Shown piece after piece: positions 9,132-18,174 of a DNA stretch of 64,000 nucleotides. The notes below the pieces were generated by a model. It searched no databases, had not been told where the DNA came from, and was given only the letters and a program-made list of their open reading frames with translations. The stretch comes from Clostridia bacterium (GTDB lineage Bacteria; Bacillota; Clostridia; TANB77; CAG-508): the NCBI GenBank assembly GCA_022794055.1, contig JAAWEA010000044.1, forward strand, positions 19,006 to 83,005, in the 5' to 3' direction. The position numbers and the translations under genes were made by a program. How positions within the stretch are numbered: the first letter of the stretch is position 1; the number at the start of each line of letters is the position of its first letter.

Positions 9132-9701
9132 ATGAATACTTTATTACTAATATTTTTTGCCTTACCTTTAGCAGTAATAATAATATCAATTGCATTACAA
9201 AAAATATTAAAATGTCCTTTTTTAGTAGCTGCAATAATATTTGCAATATTTTTAGTGGTAACTTTTATAATTGGTAATTTGATATTTTTAGTTGCTACAA
9301 TTGCTTATGCAATACTTGCATTCATAACATCAATTATAACTAATATAATCTGTAAAATAATAAGAAAATTAGATGAAAGTGGATGTAAAAGGGAAAGAGA
9401 ATGTTGCTCAAATAGAAGAAATAATGATATTTCTACAGAATTATTATCAATAAATGGAAGTTGTTGTAATAATAATTGTAAGGATAATAACAATTTATTA
9501 ACTATAAGCAGTAATGGATGTAATGGTGTTGAGAATGAATTATTGACTATAAATACAAATTGTAATAGAAATAATCATGGTTCTTGTTCTTGTAGTTGTA
9601 ATACATCAAATGATTCTATAGCAGTTAGGGCAAATGTATTTCCAAATAATAATGCAAATGGAAGAAGCGGAAGTTTTTGTGGATGCTTTAGAAGAAGATA
9701 A
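9132..9701 (+). CDS. membrane protein with Cys/Asn-rich repetitive C-terminal tail (unknown function)
   Basis: About 3 N-terminal TM helices, then ELLSINGSCCNNNCKDNNNLLTISSNGCNGVENELLTINTNCNRNNHGSCSCSCN with an 'LLxI(N/S)' repeat periodicity. RBS AAAAGGAG is present. Confidence 0.45.
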   Translation: MNTLLLIFFALPLAVIIISIALQKILKCPFLVAAIIFAIFLVVTFIIGNLIFLVATIAYAILAFITSIITNIICKIIRKLDESGCKRERECCSNRRNNDISTELLSINGSCCNNNCKDNNNLLTISSNGCNGVENELLTINTNCNRNNHGSCSCSCNTSNDSIAVRANVFPNNNANGRSGSFCGCFRRR

Positions 9702-9925
9702 AACAATTTAAGTTGAGTTTGAAAATCTTTTATATTTGCAATAAGTAGAATTTTAATAGCTTATTTAAAAAGGAAAAGTCCTTTTTAAGTAGGCTGTTTG
9801 AATAAGAATGGGAGTATAGTTATAGTAGTATTGTTTAGGGACTTGCAAATTCATGGATTTTATGCTAAACTAAAAAACAAGGCACTAATTAACGATATTA
9901 AAGTGTTTTAAAAGGAAGAAAAAAT

Positions 9926-10786
9926 ATGTTAGAAATTGTACAAGATACTCTAATAGATGCTATAAAATTATTACCATTTTTATTTATTACATATTTAATT
10001 ATGGAATATATAGAGCATAAAATGGGGAAAAAGTCCAAAAAAGCAATAAAAAAGGCTGGAAAGTTAGGACCAGTTATAGGAAGTATTTTAGGAATATTTC
10101 CACAATGTGGTTTTTCAGTTTCTGCAACAAATCTTTATGCTGGACGAGTTATAACATTAGGAACACTAATTGCAGTATATTTATCAACTTCTGATGAAAT
10201 GTTACCAATTTTTATATCAGAGTCAATTTCAGCTATAGTTATTTTAAAGATTTTAGGAATAAAATTATTAATAGGTATTTTTATTGGTCTCCTAATAGAT
10301 GTAATTTTAAATATTATTAATAAAAATAAAGAAATACAAGAAAATCAAATAGAATTTATGTGTGAGGAAGAACATTGTCATTGCAATCAAAATGGAATTT
10401 TTAAATCAGCTTTGATACATACTTTAAGCATATTTTTATATATAATAATTATTACATTCATAATAAATATAGTAGTACATTTTGTAGGAGAAGACAGAAT
10501 AGCAAGTTTTGTATTGAATAGAAAAATATTAGGACCAATAATTGCAGGAGCTGTAGGATTAATTCCTAATTGTGCATCATCTGTTATTATTACAAATTTA
10601 TATTTAGGAAATGTTATATCATTAGGAAGTATGATGTCAGGACTATTAACAGGAGCAGGGGTTGGACTGGCAGTATTATTTAAGTCAAATAACAAGATAA
10701 AAGAAAATATGTTGATTATTATATTATTGTATGGAATTGGAGTTATTTCTGGAATATTAATGGAATTAATAGGTTTTGCAATATAA
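9926..10786 (+). CDS. two-repeat polytopic permease with conserved Cys motifs (ArsP_2/DUF2899-like putative exporter)
   Basis: Internal duplication: each half carries a '(F)PQCGFS' / 'PNCASS' motif. There are 8 to 10 TM segments. Confidence 0.5.
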   Translation: MLEIVQDTLIDAIKLLPFLFITYLIMEYIEHKMGKKSKKAIKKAGKLGPVIGSILGIFPQCGFSVSATNLYAGRVITLGTLIAVYLSTSDEMLPIFISESISAIVILKILGIKLLIGIFIGLLIDVILNIINKNKEIQENQIEFMCEEEHCHCNQNGIFKSALIHTLSIFLYIIIITFIINIVVHFVGEDRIASFVLNRKILGPIIAGAVGLIPNCASSVIITNLYLGNVISLGSMMSGLLTGAGVGLAVLFKSNNKIKENMLIIILLYGIGVISGILMELIGFAI

Positions 10787-10833
10787 AAAATGGTGATAGA
10801 TTTTAATAACTATCACCATTTATATTTTGTTAA

Positions 10834-10872
10834 AAAAGAGGGAATTTTTGTCCTGGACCCCAAATCCCTTTT
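10834..10872. repeat. solo/mini copy of the GGGTCCAGGAC palindromic repeat family
   Basis: AAAGAGGGAATTTTTGTCCTGGACCCCAAATCCCTTTT matches one arm of the larger elements. It lies between the convergent permease and ATPase genes. Confidence 0.6.
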
Positions 10873-10875
10873 GAT

Positions 10876-13197
10876 TTATTTTTTCTTTTTAAAGTTTACA
10901 ACTATTGCATCTTCATTATCAAATAAATAATTTGAATCTGTTATGTCGGTTTGAATTGGGTTAATTTCATCTTTTTCATCTTTAAAATCAATATTTTTTA
11001 AATTGAATTTTTTCTTTTGCTGCATATCATTATTGGATTTAGTTGATGTTATTACACCATCTGAATATTTTCCAAAATCATAAGATTTTATTTTTTGTGG
11101 TTCTTTATACTTTGATTCTAGATAGTTAAGTCTACCTAATCCAACCATAGGCTTACCATTTTCACCTCTTACTTTATATCCACAGTCTTTAGTAGAAAGT
11201 GTTTGCAATTTTCCAGGTTTAAAATAAGGAACAAATGCCCATTTAATACCATTATATTTAGGTTCCATTTCAAGAGTATCTGTTTTAATATTTTCAGTAT
11301 ATGTCCATTCCCTTTTTTGTCCAAATTCATTACTCCACCACTCTAGTTCATCTATACTACCATGACCTGTAAAGATTTTACTAGCACAATTTGATAGAAT
11401 TGTCTGTTTTAGTTTTTCTTTTTCTTTTGAATTTCCTAATTGCTCTAAGTTTTGAGCTGAAATTGTAGTACCTATTTTATATTTACGATACATAGTAAAT
11501 ATTGGTTCAGTAGCACTGCATATAAAATCTGGAAACTCATCAATATATAAAAAGTTTGGGACTCTAGATTTTTCAGTTCCAGGTCTTCTAAGAACTGCAT
11601 TTTGCATTGAAATTAAGAAGAATAATCCAAATGCTCTATGACTAGATTGTCCTAAATCACCACGTCTAGTACAAACAAATATAATATCTCCATTTTCAAG
11701 CATTTTATCAAAGTCTATATTTTGATGACGATTACATAAAATAGTTTTTACACCAGGTATTCTTAATAATTTATCTAATTGACTTATAATGATATCAATA
11801 TATCTTTCTGTATTTGCTCTTCCAGAACCAGTTTTATAAAAGTTTTTTCTAAAATAAGAAATTTGTGTAGAATATTTTTCTTTTAAATCTTCATCATGAG
11901 CTAGAATTTCACACATTTTTTCTACTAAATCAAAATTCGTAAACATTTTTAACATATCTTCTAAATTTGGTAAAAGTCCATCATTCATTTTTGGATACAT
12001 TTCTTTTAATAAAAGTGAAATGTTCTCAATTGCTTGCATTACAACAGATTCACGGTAAGACTCTTCTGTTTCATCATTAGAGATTGCAAACATTGTTTTT
12101 AGAATTGATGAAATGTTAATTGCAATTTTATTAGCATCATCATAAACAAAAGGATTTAAACCAATAGAACTTTTATCAGCTGGATCTATGATTTTATAGT
12201 CTAATCCAAAATTTTTACAAACAGATATCATGTCTGTTGAAATTTCTTTATCTGGAGACATAACTGTAATACCACAATTTTTATAAGTAATGTCAGAAGA
12301 GCTGTCTAAAATCATTTTTTTCATATATCCTTTGTAGACTTCTTCTTTACCAGTTGTTGGAATTAACATGTTTAAATTAAAATTTTTGTTTAAATAGTCA
12401 TTATCATAAGGGGCATTTAAACTTGCAATTCTAGTTTTTAAAGCAGTATATCCCATTTCTTTTGCAATCTCACGAAAGAAAAATTTTTTTTCTAAATCTC
12501 TCGCAATTAAAGGTTCAAAAACTAAAGATGTTTTTCCAGAACCAGATCCTCCACATACAAACATTGATTGGTATCTAGATGCTTCAGGTATAGTAATCAT
12601 TTTTGCAGTTTCAAAATCTTGACATAAGAATACTTCACAAGTATATGGACCATGACCAGATTTTTTATCAGATAAATCAATTCCACCATAATCCCAAATA
12701 GAACGAACTCTAAGATCATTGTCTTGAACATCATAATATAAGTAATCAAATACTTTAGGAAATAAAATTAGAGGAAATATAAGTGTTAATGAAGTAAGAG
12801 CAGGTCTAATTAAATTTGAGAAATCAGTTATTAGTTCTACATATCCTGGATTTGAAATTAGTAATAACCAAGCTCCCATATTAATCCACTGAGTAAACAT
12901 AGAGACAACTATAGAAGCTAATGCAATCATATACACATAGAAAAATGTTACTTTTTGTTTTTTATTTTTTGAAAATTCAGATGATGGAGAAAATGCAAAA
13001 GCAAATGCTGGACATGCTATTGCAAGTGTATATTGTATTGGTCCCCAATAAGAGTATGATACACCAGTAAATAACATTAATAACATCTCAACAATACGAT
13101 CAACTGCTAAATAAATAGTAATTAATGTTAAGATGTATGTAACAAATGTATTTCTACTAACTCCTAATTTTTTTAAAAATTTATCTATTATTTTCAT
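10876..13197 (-). CDS. membrane-anchored P-loop ATPase, TraG/TraD/VirD4-type (type IV coupling protein-like)
   Basis: About 4 N-terminal TM helices. Walker A is VCGGSGSGKTS. The motif ITVMSPDKE...IIDPADKSSIGLNPF matches the T4CP 'DPKGE...DP...NPL' pattern. Walker B-like is LYIDEFPDF. Confidence 0.6.
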   Translation of the reverse strand: MKIIDKFLKKLGVSRNTFVTYILTLITIYLAVDRIVEMLLMLFTGVSYSYWGPIQYTLAIACPAFAFAFSPSSEFSKNKKQKVTFFYVYMIALASIVVSMFTQWINMGAWLLLISNPGYVELITDFSNLIRPALTSLTLIFPLILFPKVFDYLYYDVQDNDLRVRSIWDYGGIDLSDKKSGHGPYTCEVFLCQDFETAKMITIPEASRYQSMFVCGGSGSGKTSLVFEPLIARDLEKKFFFREIAKEMGYTALKTRIASLNAPYDNDYLNKNFNLNMLIPTTGKEEVYKGYMKKMILDSSSDITYKNCGITVMSPDKEISTDMISVCKNFGLDYKIIDPADKSSIGLNPFVYDDANKIAINISSILKTMFAISNDETEESYRESVVMQAIENISLLLKEMYPKMNDGLLPNLEDMLKMFTNFDLVEKMCEILAHDEDLKEKYSTQISYFRKNFYKTGSGRANTERYIDIIISQLDKLLRIPGVKTILCNRHQNIDFDKMLENGDIIFVCTRRGDLGQSSHRAFGLFFLISMQNAVLRRPGTEKSRVPNFLYIDEFPDFICSATEPIFTMYRKYKIGTTISAQNLEQLGNSKEKEKLKQTILSNCASKIFTGHGSIDELEWWSNEFGQKREWTYTENIKTDTLEMEPKYNGIKWAFVPYFKPGKLQTLSTKDCGYKVRGENGKPMVGLGRLNYLESKYKEPQKIKSYDFGKYSDGVITSTKSNNDMQQKKKFNLKNIDFKDEKDEINPIQTDITDSNYLFDNEDAIVVNFKKKK

Positions 13198-13365
13198 TAT
13201 TTAATATCCCTTCTATTCAATATATTTTTATAAAAGTATACATATATATTATCTTACAAAATGGCGAAAAAAACAAGTATTTTTACAAAAAAAGTTACAT
13301 AAATAGGCATAAAAATAAAATTAGAGCATATAATATTTAAAATTATAAGAAATGGAAGTGTTTTC

Positions 13366-13647
13366 ATGGAAGAAGGATATCAAAAAGAGAGTTTAATTAA
13401 AAATATAACAGAGCTTGAAAAGGAAGAACAATTAGTAAAAAATATAATAAAAACAAGAGAAGAATTGAAAAATAATAATAAAAATTTTGACTCTGCTGAT
13501 TCAGAATTAGTAGATTATTATATTTATCAAATAAAGGCAAATCAAGCAAAATTGGATTATTTAATTAAGCTTGCAAAAGTAAAGGGAATTTCTATAGATA
13601 ATATAAATCAATTAAAATATTCAAATTATGAAGAAGAAATAAGCTAG
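13366..13647 (+). CDS. YaaL-like (DUF2508) small protein
   Basis: 93 aa with the ...ELVDYYIYQIKANQAKLDYLIKLAKVKGI motif. It is followed by bofA, as in the B. subtilis recR-yaaL-bofA arrangement. Confidence 0.45.
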   Translation: MEEGYQKESLIKNITELEKEEQLVKNIIKTREELKNNNKNFDSADSELVDYYIYQIKANQAKLDYLIKLAKVKGISIDNINQLKYSNYEEEIS

Positions 13648-13700
13648 AAGAATATTTGTCCAAAGTCATTCATAAAAATGTAAAAAGATGAAAATGAGGG

Positions 13701-13970
13701 ATGATGATGGATACTAATATAATTACTTATTTAGCTTGTATAAGTTTTTTGTTTTTGTTTGGAAAAATATTTATTCTTCCAATTAAAAAAGTGTTAAAGT
13801 TAGTTTTAAACTCTGTATTGGGAGGAATTACTATATTTTTAATAAACTTAGTAGGAGCAATATGGGGATTCCATATTGGACTAAATTTTTATACAAGTAT
13901 TTTAATTGGGCTGTTAGGATTACCTGGTGCAGTATGTTTGGTTATTATAAAGTTGTTAATGTTTTTTTAA
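13701..13970 (+). CDS. bofA: sigma-K processing regulator BofA
   Basis: 89-aa membrane protein. GGITIFLINLVGAIWGFHIGLNFYTSILIGLLGLPGAVCLVIIKLLMF matches the BofA pattern GG..L..VN..GG..G.H.P.N......GILGIPG. Confidence 0.6.
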   Translation: MMMDTNIITYLACISFLFLFGKIFILPIKKVLKLVLNSVLGGITIFLINLVGAIWGFHIGLNFYTSILIGLLGLPGAVCLVIIKLLMFF

Positions 13971-14119
13971 AAGAGAAAATGGAGAGAAAGAGGGAAAAAG
14001 GGTCCAGGACAAAAAATCCCTCTTTTCTATTTCATTATCTTAAATCTTAAAAAAAGATAAAAATTAAGAGGGATTTTTTGTCCTGGACCCTTTTTCCCTC
14101 TTTCTCTTCATTTTCTCTT
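13971..14119. repeat. palindromic intergenic repeat element, copy 1 (about 150 bp, near-perfect ~50-nt arms)
   Basis: Arms AAGAGAAAATGGAGAGAAAGAGGGAAAAAGGGTCCAGGACAAAAAATCCCTCTT / AAGAGGGATTTTTTGTCCTGGACCCTTTTTCCCTCTTTCTCTTCATTTTCTCTT around a loop TTCTATTTCATTATCTTAAATCTTAAAAAAAGATAAAAATT. Confidence 0.85.
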
Positions 14120-14181
14120 TTAAGATATTGCAATAAATTTTTTTTAGTAGTAAAATACTTAAAAAAGGAGAAAATTTAATT

Positions 14182-14910
14182 ATGAAATTAAAATTTATTG
14201 GAACAGGATCTATCTCTGACATACCTAATAGTGCTAGTGTACTAGTAAATGAACATATATTATTTGATATTCCAAATGGAAATTTAAAAGCAATGGTAAG
14301 ACAAAAAGTGAATATATTAAAAATAGATACTTTAATAATTTCACATACACATGCTGATCATTGCTTTGATATACCTTTTCTTTTATGGTACAAGAAAAAC
14401 TACAAAAAGGATAAAGAAGAATTATCAACAAGAATTATTACAGATAAAATTACACAAAATACAGTAGAAATTTTAATGAATTTATCACATTTTAATTCTG
14501 CAAGAAATGCTAAAAAGGAATACATAGATGTAGAAGAAGTAAATAGTATAGGAAGGATATGTGATGATGTACAAATATTAAATGTGCCAGTAAAACATAA
14601 ATCAATCAAATATGCTAATGGATATATTATAAAAGATGAAAAAATAAGCATTGGATTAACAGGAGATTCAGCCTTCTGTGAAGGTGTAAAAGAATTAGCA
14701 AGTAAAGTTGATTATTTAATTTCTGATATGACATTAGAAGTAGGAGATAATTCACATATGGGAATAGATAATATATTAGAATTGTTAAAAGATTATCCAA
14801 AATTGAAAATTATCCCTATACATATGCATGATGAAACGAGAGAAAAAGCACTAAATCTAAATATAGATAATTTGATTTTATTAAAGGATGGAGATATTTT
14901 AGAATTATAA
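14182..14910 (+). CDS. MBL-fold metallo-hydrolase
   Basis: HxHxDH motif (ISHTHADHCFD) and a later conserved His (IPIHMHDE). 242 aa. Confidence 0.65.
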   Translation: MKLKFIGTGSISDIPNSASVLVNEHILFDIPNGNLKAMVRQKVNILKIDTLIISHTHADHCFDIPFLLWYKKNYKKDKEELSTRIITDKITQNTVEILMNLSHFNSARNAKKEYIDVEEVNSIGRICDDVQILNVPVKHKSIKYANGYIIKDEKISIGLTGDSAFCEGVKELASKVDYLISDMTLEVGDNSHMGIDNILELLKDYPKLKIIPIHMHDETREKALNLNIDNLILLKDGDILEL

Positions 14911-14919
14911 TTAAAATTA

Positions 14920-14946
14920 GCAGATGAAGTTTATCATCTGCTTTAT
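14920..14946 (+). terminator. rho-independent terminator
   Basis: GCAGATGA-AGTT-TATCATCTGC hairpin followed by TTTAT. Confidence 0.45.
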
Positions 14947-15195
14947 AGTTTATTTTAGTTGTTTATAGTGTACCATATATGTTTTTATTACATTAGTATC
15001 ATTTCATTAAAGTAAAACTATATAGATTTGGAACATTTATAGAATCAATATATATTTTTATAATTATGATATTATGAGAAAAAATTGTTAATTATATTTA
15101 TGTTATAGGAAGTATTTATGGTATTTCAAAAGCAATAACAGGATTTCCATATAATTTGATTGAATCAGAAAGCATTTCAAATAAAGTTAAAATAA

Positions 15196-15336
15196 AAAGA
15201 AAAAAAGAGGGAAAAAGGGTCCAGGACAAAAAATCCCTCTTTTCTATTTCATTATCTTAAATCTTAAAAAAAGATAAAAATTAAGAGGGATTTTTTGTCC
15301 TGGACCCTTTTTCCCTCTTTTTTTCTTCATTTTCTA
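15196..15336. repeat. palindromic intergenic repeat element, copy 2 (loop identical to copy 1)
   Basis: Same arms as copy 1 and an identical central loop. It overlaps the glmS stop codon. Confidence 0.85.
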
Positions 15337-17175
15337 TTCTACTGTAACTGATTTTGCTAGATTTCTAGGTTTATCAACATCTAATCCTTTTTCCTTAGAA
15401 ATATAATAAGAAAGAAGTTGAAGAGGTATTATTGATAAAATAGGAGAAACAAAAGAACTTGTTTTAGGTAGATTAATTACTAAATCAAACATAGTTTTAT
15501 CAATGTTTTGATTTGTAATGACTAAAGTTTTTGCTCCTCGTGTAATAACTTCTTGTATATTACTAATGGTTTTCTTTACTAAATTTTCATCAGTTAAAAT
15601 GCTAATTACAGTAATTCCATTTTCAATTAAAGCAATAGGACCATGTTTTAATTCACCTGCTGCATAACTTTCAGAATGAATGTAAGAAATTTCTTTCATT
15701 TTTAAAGAACCTTCTCTAGCAACGGTTTCATCAATGCCTCTGCCTAAGAAAAACATATCTTTTTCAAGATAGATTTGCTTTGCGAAATCTTTTATTATAT
15801 CTGTACATTTTAAAGCCTCTTCTACCTTTTTTGGGAGTTCCAAAATATTTTGTTTTAAATTTATAATTAAATTTTCATCACATACTTCTAAAATTTCAGC
15901 AAAGTAAATCGCTAATATATTTAATAAAACTACTTGAGATGTATATGCTTTAGTAGATGCTACTGCGATTTCTGGGCCTGCATGAGTATATATTGAATAG
16001 TCAGCTTCTCTAGTTATTGAACTTCCTATAACATTAGAAATTGCAAGCGTTTTAGCACCACTTTCTTTAGATAATTTTAGAGCTGCTATTGTGTCTGCCG
16101 TTTCACCAGATTGTGATATGAAAATGCACAAAGTTTTTTCATCTATAATAGGACTTCTATATCTAAATTCTGAAGCAATATCTACTTCAACTGGAATTTT
16201 GCAAAGTTTTTCAATAGCATTTTTGCAACTTAGACCTGCGTGCATAGCTGTTCCACAAGCTACAATATAAATTTTATTTATACTAGATAAATAGTCTTTA
16301 GTAAATGATAGTTCGTCAAATTGGCATTTTGAATTCAAGCTAATTCTAGCACCAATAGTTTCACGTATAGCTGTTGGTTGCTCATTTATTTCTTTTAACA
16401 TAAAATCGTCAAATCCATCTTTTTCAGCAGATGACATGTTCCACTCTATTGTTTGAGTATCTTTTGTAATTTCTTCTAAATCTTGATTATAAAACTTAGC
16501 AGAATTTCTTGTTAATACAACAAATTCTAAATCATCTAATAAATAGAAGTCTTTTGTATAAGATAAAATGGCTGGAATGTCTGAAGCTAAATATTTTTCA
16601 TCTTCACAGGTTCCTATTACTAAAGGACTGTCTTTTCTTACAACAATCATATTGTTAGGGTATAGTTTTGAAATTGCTTCAATTGCAAAACTTCCTTTTA
16701 AATCAGCACAAGTATTTTTTACTGCTCTTAAAAATTTTAAATCATCATTTTGACTATCTTTTGAATAATAATAATGAATTAAATTTGGTATAACTTCTGT
16801 ATCTGTTTCTGAATAGAAGGTATAGCCTTTTTCAGTTAAAAATGTTCTTAATTCATTGTAATTTTCTATAATTCCATTATGAACTATACTAAATGTTTTT
16901 GAGTTGTCTTGATGTGGGTGGGAGTTTTCTTTACATGGTTTTCCATGAGTAGCCCATCTTGTATGAGCAATACCAATAGTTCCCTCTAAATTATCAATTC
17001 CTTCTAAGTTGCTTAAGTTTTTAACTCTTCCTTTATCCTTCATAATAGATAAATCGTTTTTTTCAATTGTTGAAATACCTGCAGAGTCATATCCTCTGTA
17101 TTCCAATCTACTTAAGCCTGCAATTAAAATAGGGCAAGCTTTCTTATTTCCTATGTAACCTACAATTCCACACAT
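15334..17175 (-). CDS. glmS: glutamine--fructose-6-phosphate aminotransferase
   Basis: N-terminus MCGIVGYIG is the class-II glutamine amidotransferase nucleophile. Two SIS domains. The 613 aa end in ...KSVTVE. RBS GGAGGA is present. Confidence 0.95.
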   Translation of the reverse strand: MCGIVGYIGNKKACPILIAGLSRLEYRGYDSAGISTIEKNDLSIMKDKGRVKNLSNLEGIDNLEGTIGIAHTRWATHGKPCKENSHPHQDNSKTFSIVHNGIIENYNELRTFLTEKGYTFYSETDTEVIPNLIHYYYSKDSQNDDLKFLRAVKNTCADLKGSFAIEAISKLYPNNMIVVRKDSPLVIGTCEDEKYLASDIPAILSYTKDFYLLDDLEFVVLTRNSAKFYNQDLEEITKDTQTIEWNMSSAEKDGFDDFMLKEINEQPTAIRETIGARISLNSKCQFDELSFTKDYLSSINKIYIVACGTAMHAGLSCKNAIEKLCKIPVEVDIASEFRYRSPIIDEKTLCIFISQSGETADTIAALKLSKESGAKTLAISNVIGSSITREADYSIYTHAGPEIAVASTKAYTSQVVLLNILAIYFAEILEVCDENLIINLKQNILELPKKVEEALKCTDIIKDFAKQIYLEKDMFFLGRGIDETVAREGSLKMKEISYIHSESYAAGELKHGPIALIENGITVISILTDENLVKKTISNIQEVITRGAKTLVITNQNIDKTMFDLVINLPKTSSFVSPILSIIPLQLLSYYISKEKGLDVDKPRNLAKSVTVE

Positions 17176-17219
17176 AGTAATCCTCCTTATAAATTAAAAA
17201 TATTGGAATTGAAGTATGC

Positions 17220-17366
17220 AATACTTAATTTTATTGATTTCTGTTTTAGTATTTTTACTAATTTTTGTATCAATAATTTGACCTTAAGTAAAAGCCACTA
17301 GAGCATCCGCCGAATATTTCGATAACCCTAGACCTCGTCAACCTAAATGGTTCTGGCGCTTAGAAA
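17220..17366 (-). ncRNA. glmS ribozyme: glmS ribozyme (GlcN6P-responsive self-cleaving riboswitch) in glmS 5' leader
   Basis: The minus strand reads ...A|GCGCCAGAACCAUUUAGGUUGACGAGGUCUAGGGUUAUCGAAAUAUUCGGCGGAUGCUCUAGUGGC... The AGCGCCAGAAC cleavage-site/P1 core, GACGAGG and UUAUCGAA...UUCGGCGGAUGC are canonical glmS ribozyme elements. A P4-like stem UUAUUGAU/AUCAAUAA lies downstream. Confidence 0.85.
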
Positions 17367-17632
17367 TTAACTCCTTTCTTATAAATTTTTTGCATATTTC
17401 AATTTGTATATTATATTACTATAAATGATAAAAATGTGCAAGTACAATAACTGATATTACAAGAAAAATTTCGATTTTTTTCTATACAAGTACAAAAGGG
17501 GAATGATTGAAATTTTTAGACATTTTAGATAACTTACATGCCCTGTTTTTGTTCGCCTGTCAATTTTATGTAAGTAAAATTATATAGAATTATCTATGTT
17601 ATAGGAAAATCTTTTATTTTTTTTATAACACG

Positions 17633-17664
17633 AAAAAAAGGGCTTAAACTTCAAGCCCTTTTGA
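17633..17664 (-). terminator. bidirectional rho-independent terminator
   Basis: AAAAAAAGGGCTTAAACTTCAAGCCCTTTTG, a GC stem flanked by an A-run and a T-run. Confidence 0.5.
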
Positions 17665-17672
17665 ATGCAGGT

Positions 17673-18047
17673 TTAAGAGAAAATGTCATATTGTATTAGC
17701 CTTTGACGTACAAGACTAAGGTTATTTTGCAGAATTCCGCATACAGACATCTCGTAGCTGTATTTGTTAAGGTAATGGTTGACTATCACCATTTGCAGAA
17801 ATCTTATCATTCTTGAAAACATATTTGATGTTTCATATAAGAATACTTCTACAGAAACATTACACCAACTCTGAAACAAATTTGTAGTATCTTCAAGATA
17901 AGCATTAATAAGTTTTGCTAACATATCTAAATCAGCAAGATACTCTTTGTGATTTTTTTTTAGGTCTTCTGCATTATCTGGTGATAGTAGTACAATATAC
18001 ATATTTACTAACTTGCACATTCTCCGTAATTCCCTATTCATTGTCAT
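17673..18047 (-). CDS. hypothetical protein (locally higher GC than surroundings)
   Basis: 124-aa ORF with a GGAGGG RBS and its own terminator. No recognisable motifs. Confidence 0.35.
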   Translation of the reverse strand: MTMNRELRRMCKLVNMYIVLLSPDNAEDLKKNHKEYLADLDMLAKLINAYLEDTTNLFQSWCNVSVEVFLYETSNMFSRMIRFLQMVIVNHYLNKYSYEMSVCGILQNNLSLVRQRLIQYDIFS

Positions 18048-18174
18048 CCCTCCATTTTGTATTTGGAAAATTTAATGCTAATTTTTGCTATTATATCATA
18101 GTTTTACATAAATGTCTATTGCCTATATATTGATTTTAAAGATAAATATATTATATAATACTAAAGGGGATATA

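Noticed and set aside
13862-14050. ORFs 13862-14050, 20482-20712 and 56555-56761 encoding 'EKGSRTKNPSF'-type peptides
   Set aside because: They are translations of the palindromic repeat arms. The same peptide recurs only because the DNA repeat recurs, and none has an RBS.
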